In this document: positions 48,213 through 56,740 of the stretch, in pieces
How positions within the stretch are numbered: the stretch's first letter is position 1
Layout of the letters: every line of letters begins with the position of its first letter
Sequence record: ON528727
DNA: 64,000 bases
Source: Shigella phage ESh17
Direction: 5' to 3' (one strand)
Notes under the pieces: model-generated
The model's input: only the letters and a program-made list of their open reading frames with translations
Databases searched by the model: none
Told to the model about the DNA's origin: nothing
Made by a program: the position numbers and the translations under genes

Positions 48213-48686
48213 ATGAAAACATATCAAGAATTTATTACTGAAGCAGCTATTAATTCTCAAATTATTGCTGAATCTTTTACTGATCTTTTGAAATTTAAAA
48301 AAGGTCAAAAAATCACTGCTGTATTGGATGATGGTACAGAAGTTGAGATGGATGTACAGGGATATAATTATGCAGTAGATGGAAAACTGTATAATAAATC
48401 TCATGCTAAATTTGATTCATTTGACGACTTTGTTAATACAGTTGAAGATGAAAAAACTCGTAGATCCATTGCAACTGGCGACGCTAAGGTTCTTATGGCA
48501 CATGGCCATGAACGCATCCGCGCTAAACAGAATAAAATGGGCGAAGATAATTTTGCATTAGTTGGTTATCAATCTGGTAAACAAACTTATGGCTATCAAC
48601 GTACTGCTACCATGTATAACAAAAATGGTAAAATTGCCTTTGTGAATAGTAAAGGTTCTATTCAGTACGTTAAATCGTTCAAATAA
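48213..48686 (+). CDS. internal protein (ipIII/ipII family) with canonical capsid targeting sequence, 157 aa
   Basis: begins MKTYQEFITE, matching the recalled T4 CTS MKTYQEFIAE; position downstream of e. Confidence 0.7.
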   Translation: MKTYQEFITEAAINSQIIAESFTDLLKFKKGQKITAVLDDGTEVEMDVQGYNYAVDGKLYNKSHAKFDSFDDFVNTVEDEKTRRSIATGDAKVLMAHGHERIRAKQNKMGEDNFALVGYQSGKQTYGYQRTATMYNKNGKIAFVNSKGSIQYVKSFK

Positions 48687-48839
48687 GCAAATAAGAAATA
48701 TGGGAACAAGCTGGACCTCATGATTCTGTGAGGGATTCCCGCCAACCTGTAATAAGGTCGAGCCCAAGTGCGGTAATGGGTAAATACAGAAATGGACAAT
48801 TCATGCGCCATGGAATGGCCCAAATTTAGAGAGAATAAA

Positions 48840-49379
48840 ATGAGAACATTTTTAACTGGTCCTTATCTATCCCTGATGAATGCTTTTACACACCATTCTG
48901 ATGCTAGAGTAGAAGAAATTTGTAAAAACGATTATATCCCACCATTTGAAGAATTACTTAAACAGTATTGCACACTTCGACTAGATGGTGGACGTCAATC
49001 CGGTAAATCAATTGCTGTGACTAACTTTGCTGCTAATTGGCTGTATGATGGCGGAACAGTTATTGTTCTTTCTAATACTTCAGCTTACGCTAAAATTTCT
49101 GCAAATAACATCAAAAAGGAATTTTCGCGTTATTCTAATGATGATATACGTTTTCGTTTATTTACTGATTCTGTGCGCAGTTTTATTGGTAATAAAGGAA
49201 GTAAGTTCAGAGGTTTATCGCTTTCGCGAATTTTGTATATAATTGATGAGCCTGTCAAATCTCCTGATATGGATAAGATTTATAGCGTCCATATTGACAC
49301 TGTACACTACTGCTGCAATAGTAAATGTTGCATTGGTGGTATTACTCGTCCACAGTTTTTCGTAATCGGAATGCAATGA
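48840..49379 (+). CDS. small P-loop NTPase with C-terminal Cys cluster, 179 aa
   Basis: start at ATG 48840 after GAGAG; Walker A GGRQSGKS, Walker B LYIIDE; C-terminal HYCCNSKCC. Confidence 0.5.
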   Translation: MRTFLTGPYLSLMNAFTHHSDARVEEICKNDYIPPFEELLKQYCTLRLDGGRQSGKSIAVTNFAANWLYDGGTVIVLSNTSAYAKISANNIKKEFSRYSNDDIRFRLFTDSVRSFIGNKGSKFRGLSLSRILYIIDEPVKSPDMDKIYSVHIDTVHYCCNSKCCIGGITRPQFFVIGMQ

Positions 49380-49705
49380 TGACAGACACTCAGCTTTTCG
49401 AATATCTTTATTTTTCGCCAAAAACTATTAAAAATAAATTGGTGAATCATTTTGAAATTTTAGCAAATAATAACATTTTGAGCGAATTTTATCCCAAGCA
49501 ATACAAATTACAAAAAGGCGTATTCAAAGGATGCAGAGTTTTGTGTACTGCTCCTAATGCACGGCTAATGAATAAAATTCCATATTTTACCATGGAATTT
49601 ATTGATGGGCCTTTTAAAGGACTAATCACCCAAAGTTTAATGGCATATGATTCTGAGCCATTTTTAATTAAAGAACAATCTTGGATAAATTTATTTTCTA
49701 ATTGA
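49376..49705 (+). CDS. hypothetical protein, 109 aa
   Basis: ATGA overlap with previous gene. Confidence 0.45.
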   Translation: MMTDTQLFEYLYFSPKTIKNKLVNHFEILANNNILSEFYPKQYKLQKGVFKGCRVLCTAPNARLMNKIPYFTMEFIDGPFKGLITQSLMAYDSEPFLIKEQSWINLFSN

Positions 49706-49712
49706 GGTTTAT

Positions 49713-50075
49713 ATGAAAGCATATCAAATTCTTGAAGGCACACATAAAGGTACTATTTATTTTGAAGATGGTATTCAAGCACGAATTATTGTTTCTAAAA
49801 CCTTTAAAGAGGACTCTTTTGTAGACCCAGAAATTTTCTACGGTTTGCACACCCGTGAAATTGAAATTGAATCACAGCCTACAGTTAAAATTGAAGGTGG
49901 TCAACACCTGAACGTAAACGTTCTGCGTCGTGAAACTCTGGAAGATGCAGTTAAGCATCCGGAAAAATATCCGCAGCTGACCATCCGTGTATCCGGATAT
50001 GCAGTTCGCTTTAACTCTCTGACTCCGGAACAGCAGCGCGACGTTATCGCTCGTACCTTTACTGAGAGTTTGTAA
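49713..50075 (+). CDS. GrcA/YfiD-like autonomous glycyl-radical cofactor, 120 aa
   Basis: C-terminal [29 protein letters not shown] glycyl-radical motif; the last ~180 nt use host-like GC-rich codons. Confidence 0.85.
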   Translation: MKAYQILEGTHKGTIYFEDGIQARIIVSKTFKEDSFVDPEIFYGLHTREIEIESQPTVKIEGGQHLNVNVLRRETLEDAVKHPEKYPQLTIRVSGYAVRFNSLTPEQQRDVIARTFTESL

Positions 50076-50296
50076 TGGCAAAGATAATTATTGAAGGTTC
50101 TAAAGATGTGCTAAATGCTTTCGCCGAGTGGTTTAGTAATTCAGGCGAACAGCAATTTAACGAAGCCTGGAATATGGGTGATATTGATGGAATTTATCCT
50201 ACGACAGAAATTTCTGTTCAAGGATATGGCATTCATGAACCTATTCGTTTAGTTGAATATGATTTATGTACTGGTGAGGAAGTCAAATATGATTGA
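50075..50296 (+). CDS. hypothetical protein, 73 aa
   Basis: ATG overlapping previous stop. Confidence 0.45.
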   Translation: MAKIIIEGSKDVLNAFAEWFSNSGEQQFNEAWNMGDIDGIYPTTEISVQGYGIHEPIRLVEYDLCTGEEVKYD

Positions 50297-50555
50297 AGAC
50301 ATTAAAGGTTATAAGCCGCATACTGAAGAGAAAATCGGTAAAGTGAATGCTATCAAAGACGCTGAAGTTCGTTTAGGACTTATCTTTGATGCTTTATACG
50401 ATGAATTTTGGGAAGCATTTGATAGCTGTGAAGATGATGAACTCGCGAAGAATTACGCCGAAAGCCTCGATCAGTTAACTATTGCTAAAACGAAACTCAA
50501 AGAAGCAAGTATGTGGGCTTGCCGTGCTGTGTTCCAACCAGAGGAAAAATACTAA
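50289..50555 (+). CDS. hypothetical small protein, 88 aa (vs.4-equivalent position)
   Basis: start at ATG 50289 after GAGGAA. Confidence 0.45.
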   Translation: MIEDIKGYKPHTEEKIGKVNAIKDAEVRLGLIFDALYDEFWEAFDSCEDDELAKNYAESLDQLTIAKTKLKEASMWACRAVFQPEEKY

Positions 50556-50833
50556 TGGCTCAATTAAGTGCAGGGTTTGGTTATGAGTATTATACTGCAC
50601 CTCGTCGTGTATCTGCCGCTCCTAAGAAAATTCAAAGTCTTGATGACTTTCAGGAAGTAGTCCGTAAAGCTTTTCAGGACTATGCACGTTATCTTAAAGA
50701 AGATTCACAGGACTGTCTCGAAGAAGATGAAATTGCTTACTATGAGCAGCGTCTTGAACAGCTTAAAAACTTACGTGAGGTTCGTGCAGAAGTTTCAAAG
50801 TCTATGAATAAATTGATTAGATTTAAAGAATAA
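50555..50833 (+). CDS. hypothetical small protein, 92 aa (vs.3-equivalent position)
   Basis: start at ATG 50555 (MAQLSAG...). Confidence 0.45.
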   Translation: MAQLSAGFGYEYYTAPRRVSAAPKKIQSLDDFQEVVRKAFQDYARYLKEDSQDCLEEDEIAYYEQRLEQLKNLREVRAEVSKSMNKLIRFKE

Positions 50834-50835
50834 CT

Positions 50836-50865
50836 GTTTACTTTTCCTCTTGACTGTGGTATAAT
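50836..50865 (+). promoter_or_regulatory. early promoter for regB with extended -10
   Basis: GTTTAC, N18, TGGTATAAT; inverted repeat cttgactg/cagttaag. Confidence 0.6.
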
Positions 50866-50892
50866 TTTTCTATCAGTTAAGAGGAGAATAAC

Positions 50893-51354
50893 ATGACTAT
50901 CAACACAGAAGTTTTTATCCGTCGAAATAAGCTTCGTCGTCATTTTGAGTCGGAGTTTCGTCAAATTAACAATGAGATTCGTGAGGCATCAAAAGCAGCA
51001 GGGGTCTCATCGTTTCATCTAAAATATTCTCAGCATCTTCTTGATCGTGCAATTCAACGGGAGATTGATGAGACATATGTTTTTGAATTATTCCATAAAA
51101 TAAAAGACCATGTTTTAGAAGTTAATGAATTCCTGAGTATGCCTCCGCGTCCTGACATTGACGAGGATTTTATTGATGGGGTTGAATATCGTCCTGGACG
51201 TTTAGAAATCACAGATGGAAATCTTTGGCTTGGGTTTACAGTTTGTAAACCTAATGCGAAGTTCAAAGACCCGTCGCTTCAATGCAGGATGGCAATTATT
51301 AACAGTCGTCGTTTACCAGGAAAGGCTTCTAAAGCAGTAATTAAAACTCAATGA
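50893..51354 (+). CDS. regB: RegB site-specific endoribonuclease, 153 aa
   Basis: 153 aa; begins MTINTEVFIRRNKLRRHFESEF, matching recalled T4 RegB. Confidence 0.85.
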   Translation: MTINTEVFIRRNKLRRHFESEFRQINNEIREASKAAGVSSFHLKYSQHLLDRAIQREIDETYVFELFHKIKDHVLEVNEFLSMPPRPDIDEDFIDGVEYRPGRLEITDGNLWLGFTVCKPNAKFKDPSLQCRMAIINSRRLPGKASKAVIKTQ

Positions 51355-51361
51355 GGTAAGC

Positions 51362-51907
51362 ATGAGAAAAGCACTACTCGCTGGTCTATTGGCCATTTCA
51401 ATGATGGCACATAGCTCCGAGCATACTTTCAGTAATGTCCAACTCGATAACATGCGTTACGCGTATCAATTCGGGGAACAGTTTTCTAAGGATGGAAAAT
51501 ATAAAACACACAAAAATATCCACAAGAGCGGATTAGGTCATATAATGGCTGCTATTTTATGGCAAGAAAGCTCTGGCGGAGTTAATTTAAAATCTAAACC
51601 AAAGCATCACGCCTACGGAATGTTCCAAAATTATTTGCCTACTATGCGAGCAAGAGTTAAGGAACTTGGTTATAATATGACCGATGCTGAAATAAAAAGA
51701 ATGTTGAATAAACGATCCAATTCAGCTTCCTGGGCGTACATTGAACTTTCTTATTGGTTAAATATACATAAGGGCGATATAAGAAAAGCAATATCCTCTT
51801 ATAATTCGGGATGGAATGTTAAAGCAGGTTCTAAATATGCTTCTGAAGTCCTAGAAAAGGCTAATTACCTTAAAAATAATAAACTTTTGGAAATAGTAAA
51901 TGACTAA
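51362..51907 (+). CDS. secreted protein with signal peptide (vs.1 position), 181 aa
   Basis: N-terminal signal-like hydrophobic segment. Confidence 0.55.
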   Translation: MRKALLAGLLAISMMAHSSEHTFSNVQLDNMRYAYQFGEQFSKDGKYKTHKNIHKSGLGHIMAAILWQESSGGVNLKSKPKHHAYGMFQNYLPTMRARVKELGYNMTDAEIKRMLNKRSNSASWAYIELSYWLNIHKGDIRKAISSYNSGWNVKAGSKYASEVLEKANYLKNNKLLEIVND

Positions 51908-52241
51908 AATTTTGGTTTTATGTATAGGATTAATTTCATTTTCTGCGTTAGCAGATACATCATATACTGAAATTAGAGAGTATGTAAACCGTACTGCAGC
52001 GGATTATTGCGGGAAAAATAAAGCATGCCAAGCTGAATTTGCGCAGAAATTAATATATGCATATAAAGACGGAGAAAGAGATAAATCAAGTAGATACAAA
52101 AACGATACATTATTAAAACGATATGCTAAAAAGTGGAATACCTTAGAATGTTCAGTTGCGGAGGAGAAAGATAAAGCCGCTTGTCATTCAATGGTTGACC
52201 GTTTGGTAGATTCTTATAATCGAGGATTGAGTACTAGATGA
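51900..52241 (+). CDS. small protein with signal peptide (vs position; valyl-tRNA synthetase modifier in T4), 113 aa
   Basis: position and size; signal-like N-terminus. Confidence 0.5.
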   Translation: MTKILVLCIGLISFSALADTSYTEIREYVNRTAADYCGKNKACQAEFAQKLIYAYKDGERDKSSRYKNDTLLKRYAKKWNTLECSVAEEKDKAACHSMVDRLVDSYNRGLSTR

Positions 52242-52717
52242 TTGTAAAATATATCAAGGGCGATATTGTCGCCCTATTTCTTCAAGGTAATATTATTGCG
52301 CACGGGTGCAATTGTTTTCATACTATGGGTTCAGGTGTAGCGGGTCAATTAGCAAGAGCCTATCCCAAAATTTTAGAAATAGATAAAACCACTACTGAGT
52401 ACGGTTCTCGTGATAAATTAGGCGATATGTCTATTGTTTTTAAACATAAACCTAATGGTTTTGGCATATGTTATAACTTGTATACGCAATACGAACCAGG
52501 TCCTAATCTTGATTATGGTGCTTTAGTAAACTGCATGATAGAATTAAATCTACAGGCAGAAACCCTTTTGTTTAAACCGGTAATTTACATTCCACGCATA
52601 GGTTGTGGTATTGCTGGCGGCGATTGGGATAAGGTTTCTAAATTAATCGACATGTTTACTCCTGATATTGATTTAATAGTGGTGGATTATGAAAGTACAT
52701 TACCCGCATCCGTTTGA
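52238..52717 (+). CDS. macro-domain (ADP-ribose binding/processing) protein, 159 aa
   Basis: motifs HGCNCFHTMGSGVAG and IGCGIAGG resemble macro-domain glycine-rich loops. Confidence 0.55.
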   Translation: MIVKYIKGDIVALFLQGNIIAHGCNCFHTMGSGVAGQLARAYPKILEIDKTTTEYGSRDKLGDMSIVFKHKPNGFGICYNLYTQYEPGPNLDYGALVNCMIELNLQAETLLFKPVIYIPRIGCGIAGGDWDKVSKLIDMFTPDIDLIVVDYESTLPASV

Positions 52718-52901
52718 TCCTAAAAACAAAGCAGTAATTATTCGTCAATGGGAACGCATTTGCCGTACTAAATGTCCAATTAATAGTCCACATGATGTAG
52801 ATAAAGACTACATTGGAACATTCGTTGAATATACCTTTATTGATAAGAAAGGTCGTAAACAACATGTAGAAGAATATTGCTTAAAGGTTACATGGTTATG
52901 A
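52689..52901 (+). CDS. hypothetical small protein, 70 aa
   Basis: ORF overlapping neighbours. Confidence 0.4.
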   Translation: MKVHYPHPFDPKNKAVIIRQWERICRTKCPINSPHDVDKDYIGTFVEYTFIDKKGRKQHVEEYCLKVTWL

Positions 52902-53104
52902 GCCAAACTAGTATTCTTAAAAATGCCCACTGTGAAAAGTGTAAGTGGCCTGTTGTTTTTGCTTTATGCAACGATGAAATGGCTTGTGATTTCGATTATT
53001 GGTGCTATTGTTCTAATAAAGGATGCATCAATCATAAAGGTGAAGGATTTTATTCAGGATTTTATCCTTATCCTGATTTCGTTAAAGAAGGTAAACCAAA
53101 ATGA
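52877..53104 (+). CDS. Cys-rich small protein, possible zinc ribbon, 75 aa
   Basis: CEKC ... C ... CxC ... C pattern. Confidence 0.4.
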   Translation: MLKGYMVMSQTSILKNAHCEKCKWPVVFALCNDEMACDFDYWCYCSNKGCINHKGEGFYSGFYPYPDFVKEGKPK

Positions 53105-53286
53105 ATAATTTTGAGTTACAATACGAAGTGTTACGTGAGCTTGATAATTTAATTGAACTCGCTGTTAATAAAGGTTTTGCCATTGGAATCGGTCAAAAAG
53201 ATACTGGTCATTTAACTATGGAAATATTTAAGCAAAAGCGAATTATTTTAAAACTCCTGGAAATTAATATATATGAGTCTGAGTAA
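53101..53286 (+). CDS. small helical protein, 61 aa
   Basis: ATGA-coupled ORF. Confidence 0.4.
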   Translation: MNNFELQYEVLRELDNLIELAVNKGFAIGIGQKDTGHLTMEIFKQKRIILKLLEINIYESE

Positions 53287-53458
53287 AGAACAAAAAGATA
53301 AATTGTTTGAGCTTATCCATGAACTTCTAGATGAGCATATAGAAGCAAACACTTTTTATGATGAATACGGCCCGCTATCTCCAGAACAGCAGGAAGAATT
53401 TGCTGATCGGTTTGATAAGAAAGAAAACGAATTAATAGCTTATGTGAATACGCTTTAA
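53273..53458 (+). CDS. small acidic helical protein, 61 aa
   Basis: ORF; coupled. Confidence 0.4.
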   Translation: MSLSKEQKDKLFELIHELLDEHIEANTFYDEYGPLSPEQQEEFADRFDKKENELIAYVNTL

Positions 53459-53467
53459 GAAGGTGAT

Positions 53468-54049
53468 ATGGCGAGTTTAATTTTTACTTATGCAGCAATG
53501 AATGCTGGAAAATCTGCTTCTCTTTTGACTGCTGCACATAATTATAAAGAACGTGGAATGAGTGTATTAGTTCTTAAGCCTGCTATTGATACTCGCGATT
53601 CTGTCTGCGAAGTCGTTTCTCGCATTGGAATTAAACAGGAAGCGAATATTATTACAGATGATATGGATATTTTTGAGTTCTATAAATGGGCTGAAGCACA
53701 AAAAGATATTCATTGCGTATTTGTAGATGAAGCTCAGTTTTTAAAAACTGAACAGGTGCATCAATTAAGTCGAATTGTTGATACATATAATGTTCCTGTT
53801 ATGGCTTATGGATTAAGGACTGATTTCGCTGGAAAATTATTTGAAGGTTCTAAAGAACTTTTAGCGATTGCAGATAAACTTATTGAACTAAAGGCAGTTT
53901 GTCATTGCGGCAAAAAAGCGATCATGACAGCTCGATTAATGGAAGATGGAACACCAGTTAAAGAAGGTAATCAAATCTGTATTGGTGATGAAATTTATGT
54001 TTCTTTGTGTAGAAAACATTGGAATGAATTAACTAAAAAGCTCGGTTAG
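53468..54049 (+). CDS. tk: thymidine kinase, 193 aa
   Basis: P-loop NAGKSAS; C-terminal Cys zinc motif; 193 aa. Confidence 0.9.
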   Translation: MASLIFTYAAMNAGKSASLLTAAHNYKERGMSVLVLKPAIDTRDSVCEVVSRIGIKQEANIITDDMDIFEFYKWAEAQKDIHCVFVDEAQFLKTEQVHQLSRIVDTYNVPVMAYGLRTDFAGKLFEGSKELLAIADKLIELKAVCHCGKKAIMTARLMEDGTPVKEGNQICIGDEIYVSLCRKHWNELTKKLG

Positions 54050-54058
54050 TGCAAAAGT

Positions 54059-54066
54059 TATAAATA
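54059..54066 (+). promoter_or_regulatory. late promoter TATAAATA upstream of the rI region
   Basis: exact TATAAATA 26 nt upstream of the 54092 ATG. Confidence 0.5.
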
Positions 54067-54091
54067 GGTTTATCTAACTAAAGGGGTATAT

Positions 54092-54304
54092 ATGCTACAA
54101 TTAACTGAAAAGCAACTTCGCAATCTTACTGTGCTTCAATTAGATGAAATTCGTAGGGAAGTTGGAAATATCATTTCAGCTTTGCGTCGAGAAGTATCAC
54201 TCAACCAATCTCCGGCAGACTATACTAGATTGCGAAATTTTGAAAAATACCTTGATAAAGTTAAGGCCGTGCATCGGCATAAAGTAAATACAGGACAAAA
54301 ATGA
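54092..54304 (+). CDS. small basic protein (rI.1 position), 70 aa
   Basis: ORF with AAAGGGG SD. Confidence 0.5.
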
Positions 54305-54316
54305 TAGGAGGCCTTT

Positions 54317-54610
54317 ATGGCCTTAAAAGCAACGGCACTATTTGCCATGCTAGGATTGTCATTTGCTTTATCTCCATCGATTGAAGCGAATGTCGATCCT
54401 CATTTTGATAAATTTATGGAATCTGGTATTAGACATGTTTATATGCTTTTTGAAAATAAAAGCGTAGAATCATCTGGACAGTTCTATAGTTTTATGAGAA
54501 CGACCTATAAAAATGACCCGTGCTCTTCTGATTTTGAATGTATAGAACGAGGCGCGGAGATGGCACAATCATACGCTAGAATTATGAACATTAAATTGGA
54601 GACTGAATGA
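54317..54610 (+). CDS. rI: RI lysis-inhibition regulator, 97 aa
   Basis: 97 aa; begins MALKATALFAMLGLSF...; signal-anchor plus periplasmic domain, matching recalled T4 RI. Confidence 0.85.
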   Translation: MALKATALFAMLGLSFALSPSIEANVDPHFDKFMESGIRHVYMLFENKSVESSGQFYSFMRTTYKNDPCSSDFECIERGAEMAQSYARIMNIKLETE

Positions 54611-54993
54611 AATTCAGCGACTTTTCACAAAGTGGAAAACCTTCAAAGGCAGATGAATACTTAGGTTTATTAATGGCTGCACAAGCTTATTTTCATTCTG
54701 CACATTTTGAAACTAAAAGTTATGCTAGACACAAAGCATACGATTTTATTTTCTCCGAGTTGCCAGATTTGATTGATAAATTTGGTGAGCAATATTTGGG
54801 GTATTCTGGTAGAAAATACACGCCTTCAATTCCAGATGCCAGTAAACTTCCTACCGACACAATTAAAATGATTGATCGCATACTAGACCAATCTAACAGC
54901 ATTTACAAAGAAATGCCTCCAGCCATTCAAAGCACGATAGATGATATTACTGGAATGTTTTACCAGAGTAAATATCTTCTTTCCCTCGAATAA
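54607..54993 (+). CDS. hypothetical protein (rI.-1 position), 128 aa
   Basis: ATGA overlap with rI. Confidence 0.5.
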
Positions 54994-54997
54994 CGTT

Positions 54998-55021
54998 AGT
55001 CTCCTTCGGGAGACTTTTTTC
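54998..55021 (+). terminator. intrinsic terminator
   Basis: agtctcc-ttcg-ggagact hairpin then T6. Confidence 0.8.
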
Positions 55022-55030
55022 ATTTTACCG

Positions 55031-55060
55031 GTTTACTTTCCGTTTGAGCTGTGATACTAT
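55031..55060 (+). promoter_or_regulatory. early promoter with conserved tactatacaactatc leader
   Basis: GTTTAC, N18, TACTAT. Confidence 0.6.
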
Positions 55061-55088
55061 ACAACTATCGGATAAAGAGGAGAACATC

Positions 55089-55277
55089 ATGAAAATTGAA
55101 GCACTCAATCAAGAAGGAAATATCTACGTCATCATTAATGGTGATTTTTTCGTCGACATGGATGAAGTTACTAGTGAAGAACTTGTAGAACTTCTTAAGA
55201 AACGTTATAATATGTGTGATGAAGTTGCAACTCACATGGCGTGTGCAATATTCTCTCTGTCATATGTGGTGGAATAA
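55089..55277 (+). CDS. small protein, 62 aa
   Basis: start at ATG 55089 after GAGGAG. Confidence 0.4.
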
Positions 55278-55480
55278 TGATTAGTATAGAGCAAGCAGAT
55301 AAAATCAAGGAATTAGTGGCTTCAATTCGTAAAGCAGATGAAGAGCTGATTGACTTTGCTTGGTATTCATCGGGTATTTCGAATAAAGGCATTAAAGACT
55401 TTGAAACTAAAGTGGATAATGCTTTAGAAGCGTTAGATATGTTTCTTGATGAAATTATCGATCATAATACGAGAGTTTAA
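55277..55480 (+). CDS. small helical protein, 67 aa
   Basis: start at ATG 55277 ([12 protein letters not shown]...). Confidence 0.4.
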   Translation: MISIEQADKIKELVASIRKADEELIDFAWYSSGISNKGIKDFETKVDNALEALDMFLDEIIDHNTRV

Positions 55481-55482
55481 GT

Positions 55483-55677
55483 ATGCTAACACGTGAACAG
55501 TTTGAAAAAATCATTAAATTAGCACGTGATATTGAAATAGATTCATACCAATTAGCAGTTGAGCATTGTGAAGGATATTCATACGACGGTATAGAAGCAG
55601 CTAAAAGAGATTTGGATAAATCCAAAGCTAAGTTAGTTCAATATCTTGAAATGATTAGGTGGAATAATGAAAACTGA
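55483..55677 (+). CDS. small helical protein, 64 aa
   Basis: ORF. Confidence 0.4.
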   Translation: MLTREQFEKIIKLARDIEIDSYQLAVEHCEGYSYDGIEAAKRDLDKSKAKLVQYLEMIRWNNEN

Positions 55678-55840
55678 AAAGCAGATGTTTTTAATGAAGC
55701 TAATTGAAGAATATGCTAATGCAGTTTCTGACTATGAGTATTCTGCTCGGGAAAGAGGTACGGCTTTCGCAAAGGAAGAAATGAAAATCATGGTTGATGC
55801 TCACACAAAGCTTCAGAATTTTATTGAAAACGTCATTTAA
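55667..55840 (+). CDS. small helical protein, 57 aa (below the ORF-track cutoff)
   Basis: ATG 55667 after GGTGGAA; in phase with the neighbouring small-protein array. Confidence 0.35.
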   Translation: MKTEKQMFLMKLIEEYANAVSDYEYSARERGTAFAKEEMKIMVDAHTKLQNFIENVI

Positions 55841-55842
55841 TG

Positions 55843-55872
55843 GTTTACAAGTTGGCAAGGTTATGGTATAGT
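55843..55872 (+). promoter_or_regulatory. early promoter inside a long inverted repeat
   Basis: GTTTAC, N18, TATAGT; inverted repeat aagttggcaag/cttgtcaactt. Confidence 0.55.
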
Positions 55873-55900
55873 AATCTTGTCAACTTCCAAGGAGAAGAGA

Positions 55901-56005
55901 ATGAAAGTTTTGTTTGTTGTGTATGTGATGATTCAATATAATTACCCAATGTTTACTTATAATCTGGTGAACAATATTATTGATATGATTCAGAGGAGTA
56001 TGTAA
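55901..56005 (+). CDS. 34-aa hydrophobic peptide
   Basis: ATG 9 nt after GGAGAAGAGA; MKVLFVVYVMIQYNYPMFTYNLVNNIIDMIQRSM; stop overlaps the next ATG. Confidence 0.35.
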   Translation: MKVLFVVYVMIQYNYPMFTYNLVNNIIDMIQRSM

Positions 56006-56190
56006 TGACAAGTGAGCAGGCTTTTAAATTAAGAGAATTAATTGAGACGTATAGTAAAGCTGTTCATACATCAACAATTATTGATGAATCAGCTTTCTCC
56101 GGACATGCCAACAAGATTAAATACAAAACTCTTATGGAAGAAGCTAAAGTAAATCTTGATTCTTATATTGAAACTTTAATTGGTAAATAA
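56005..56190 (+). CDS. small helical protein, 61 aa
   Basis: GAGGAG SD. Confidence 0.4.
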   Translation: MTSEQAFKLRELIETYSKAVHTSTIIDESAFSGHANKIKYKTLMEEAKVNLDSYIETLIGK

Positions 56191-56191
56191 T

Positions 56192-56734
56192 ATGAAAGCT
56201 GTAATTGAAACAACTGATTTGTTCGGTGACCTAGTTATCGAAAAACGCGGTAATGTATACGTTCTGACGCAGGAAGACGATAGTATTACTATTCTTCCTA
56301 TGGAACTGGCTGCGATTTTATCTTATGCTCCCTCAGGAGTTACCGGTGTAACTAATATTACAGACGACCTCCAAGTTCGTTTTTATCGTGGCCTTTACGG
56401 CGGTAATATTGAAACTGAATTTATGTGTCTTTCTATCAACAATTGGGCAACATTCGTTGCCAAGGTGAAAGAATTCTTGGAATCTGAAACAGTCGAAACA
56501 CCCGAAAAGGCTAAACTTCAATGGGCTAAAGATCGCGGTGCTAGCATTATTAATCCAGTAGCTGCAAATTATACTACGACTTTGGATGTCAAGACTTCTT
56601 ATGAAGATGGCGATGTCGTACTTGTTCGCCAAATTGATGATTCTCGAGCACATATTGTCACATTTACCAAAGACGAAGCTATTGCACTAAAGACTTATCT
56701 TGATTCTGTTATTCCAACTATGATTTCAAAGTGA
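56192..56734 (+). CDS. hypothetical protein with internally duplicated ~60-aa module, 180 aa
   Basis: start ATG 56192; module repeated twice within the protein and shared with the next gene. Confidence 0.45.
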   Translation: MKAVIETTDLFGDLVIEKRGNVYVLTQEDDSITILPMELAAILSYAPSGVTGVTNITDDLQVRFYRGLYGGNIETEFMCLSINNWATFVAKVKEFLESETVETPEKAKLQWAKDRGASIINPVAANYTTTLDVKTSYEDGDVVLVRQIDDSRAHIVTFTKDEAIALKTYLDSVIPTMISK

Positions 56735-56740
56735 GGAAAT

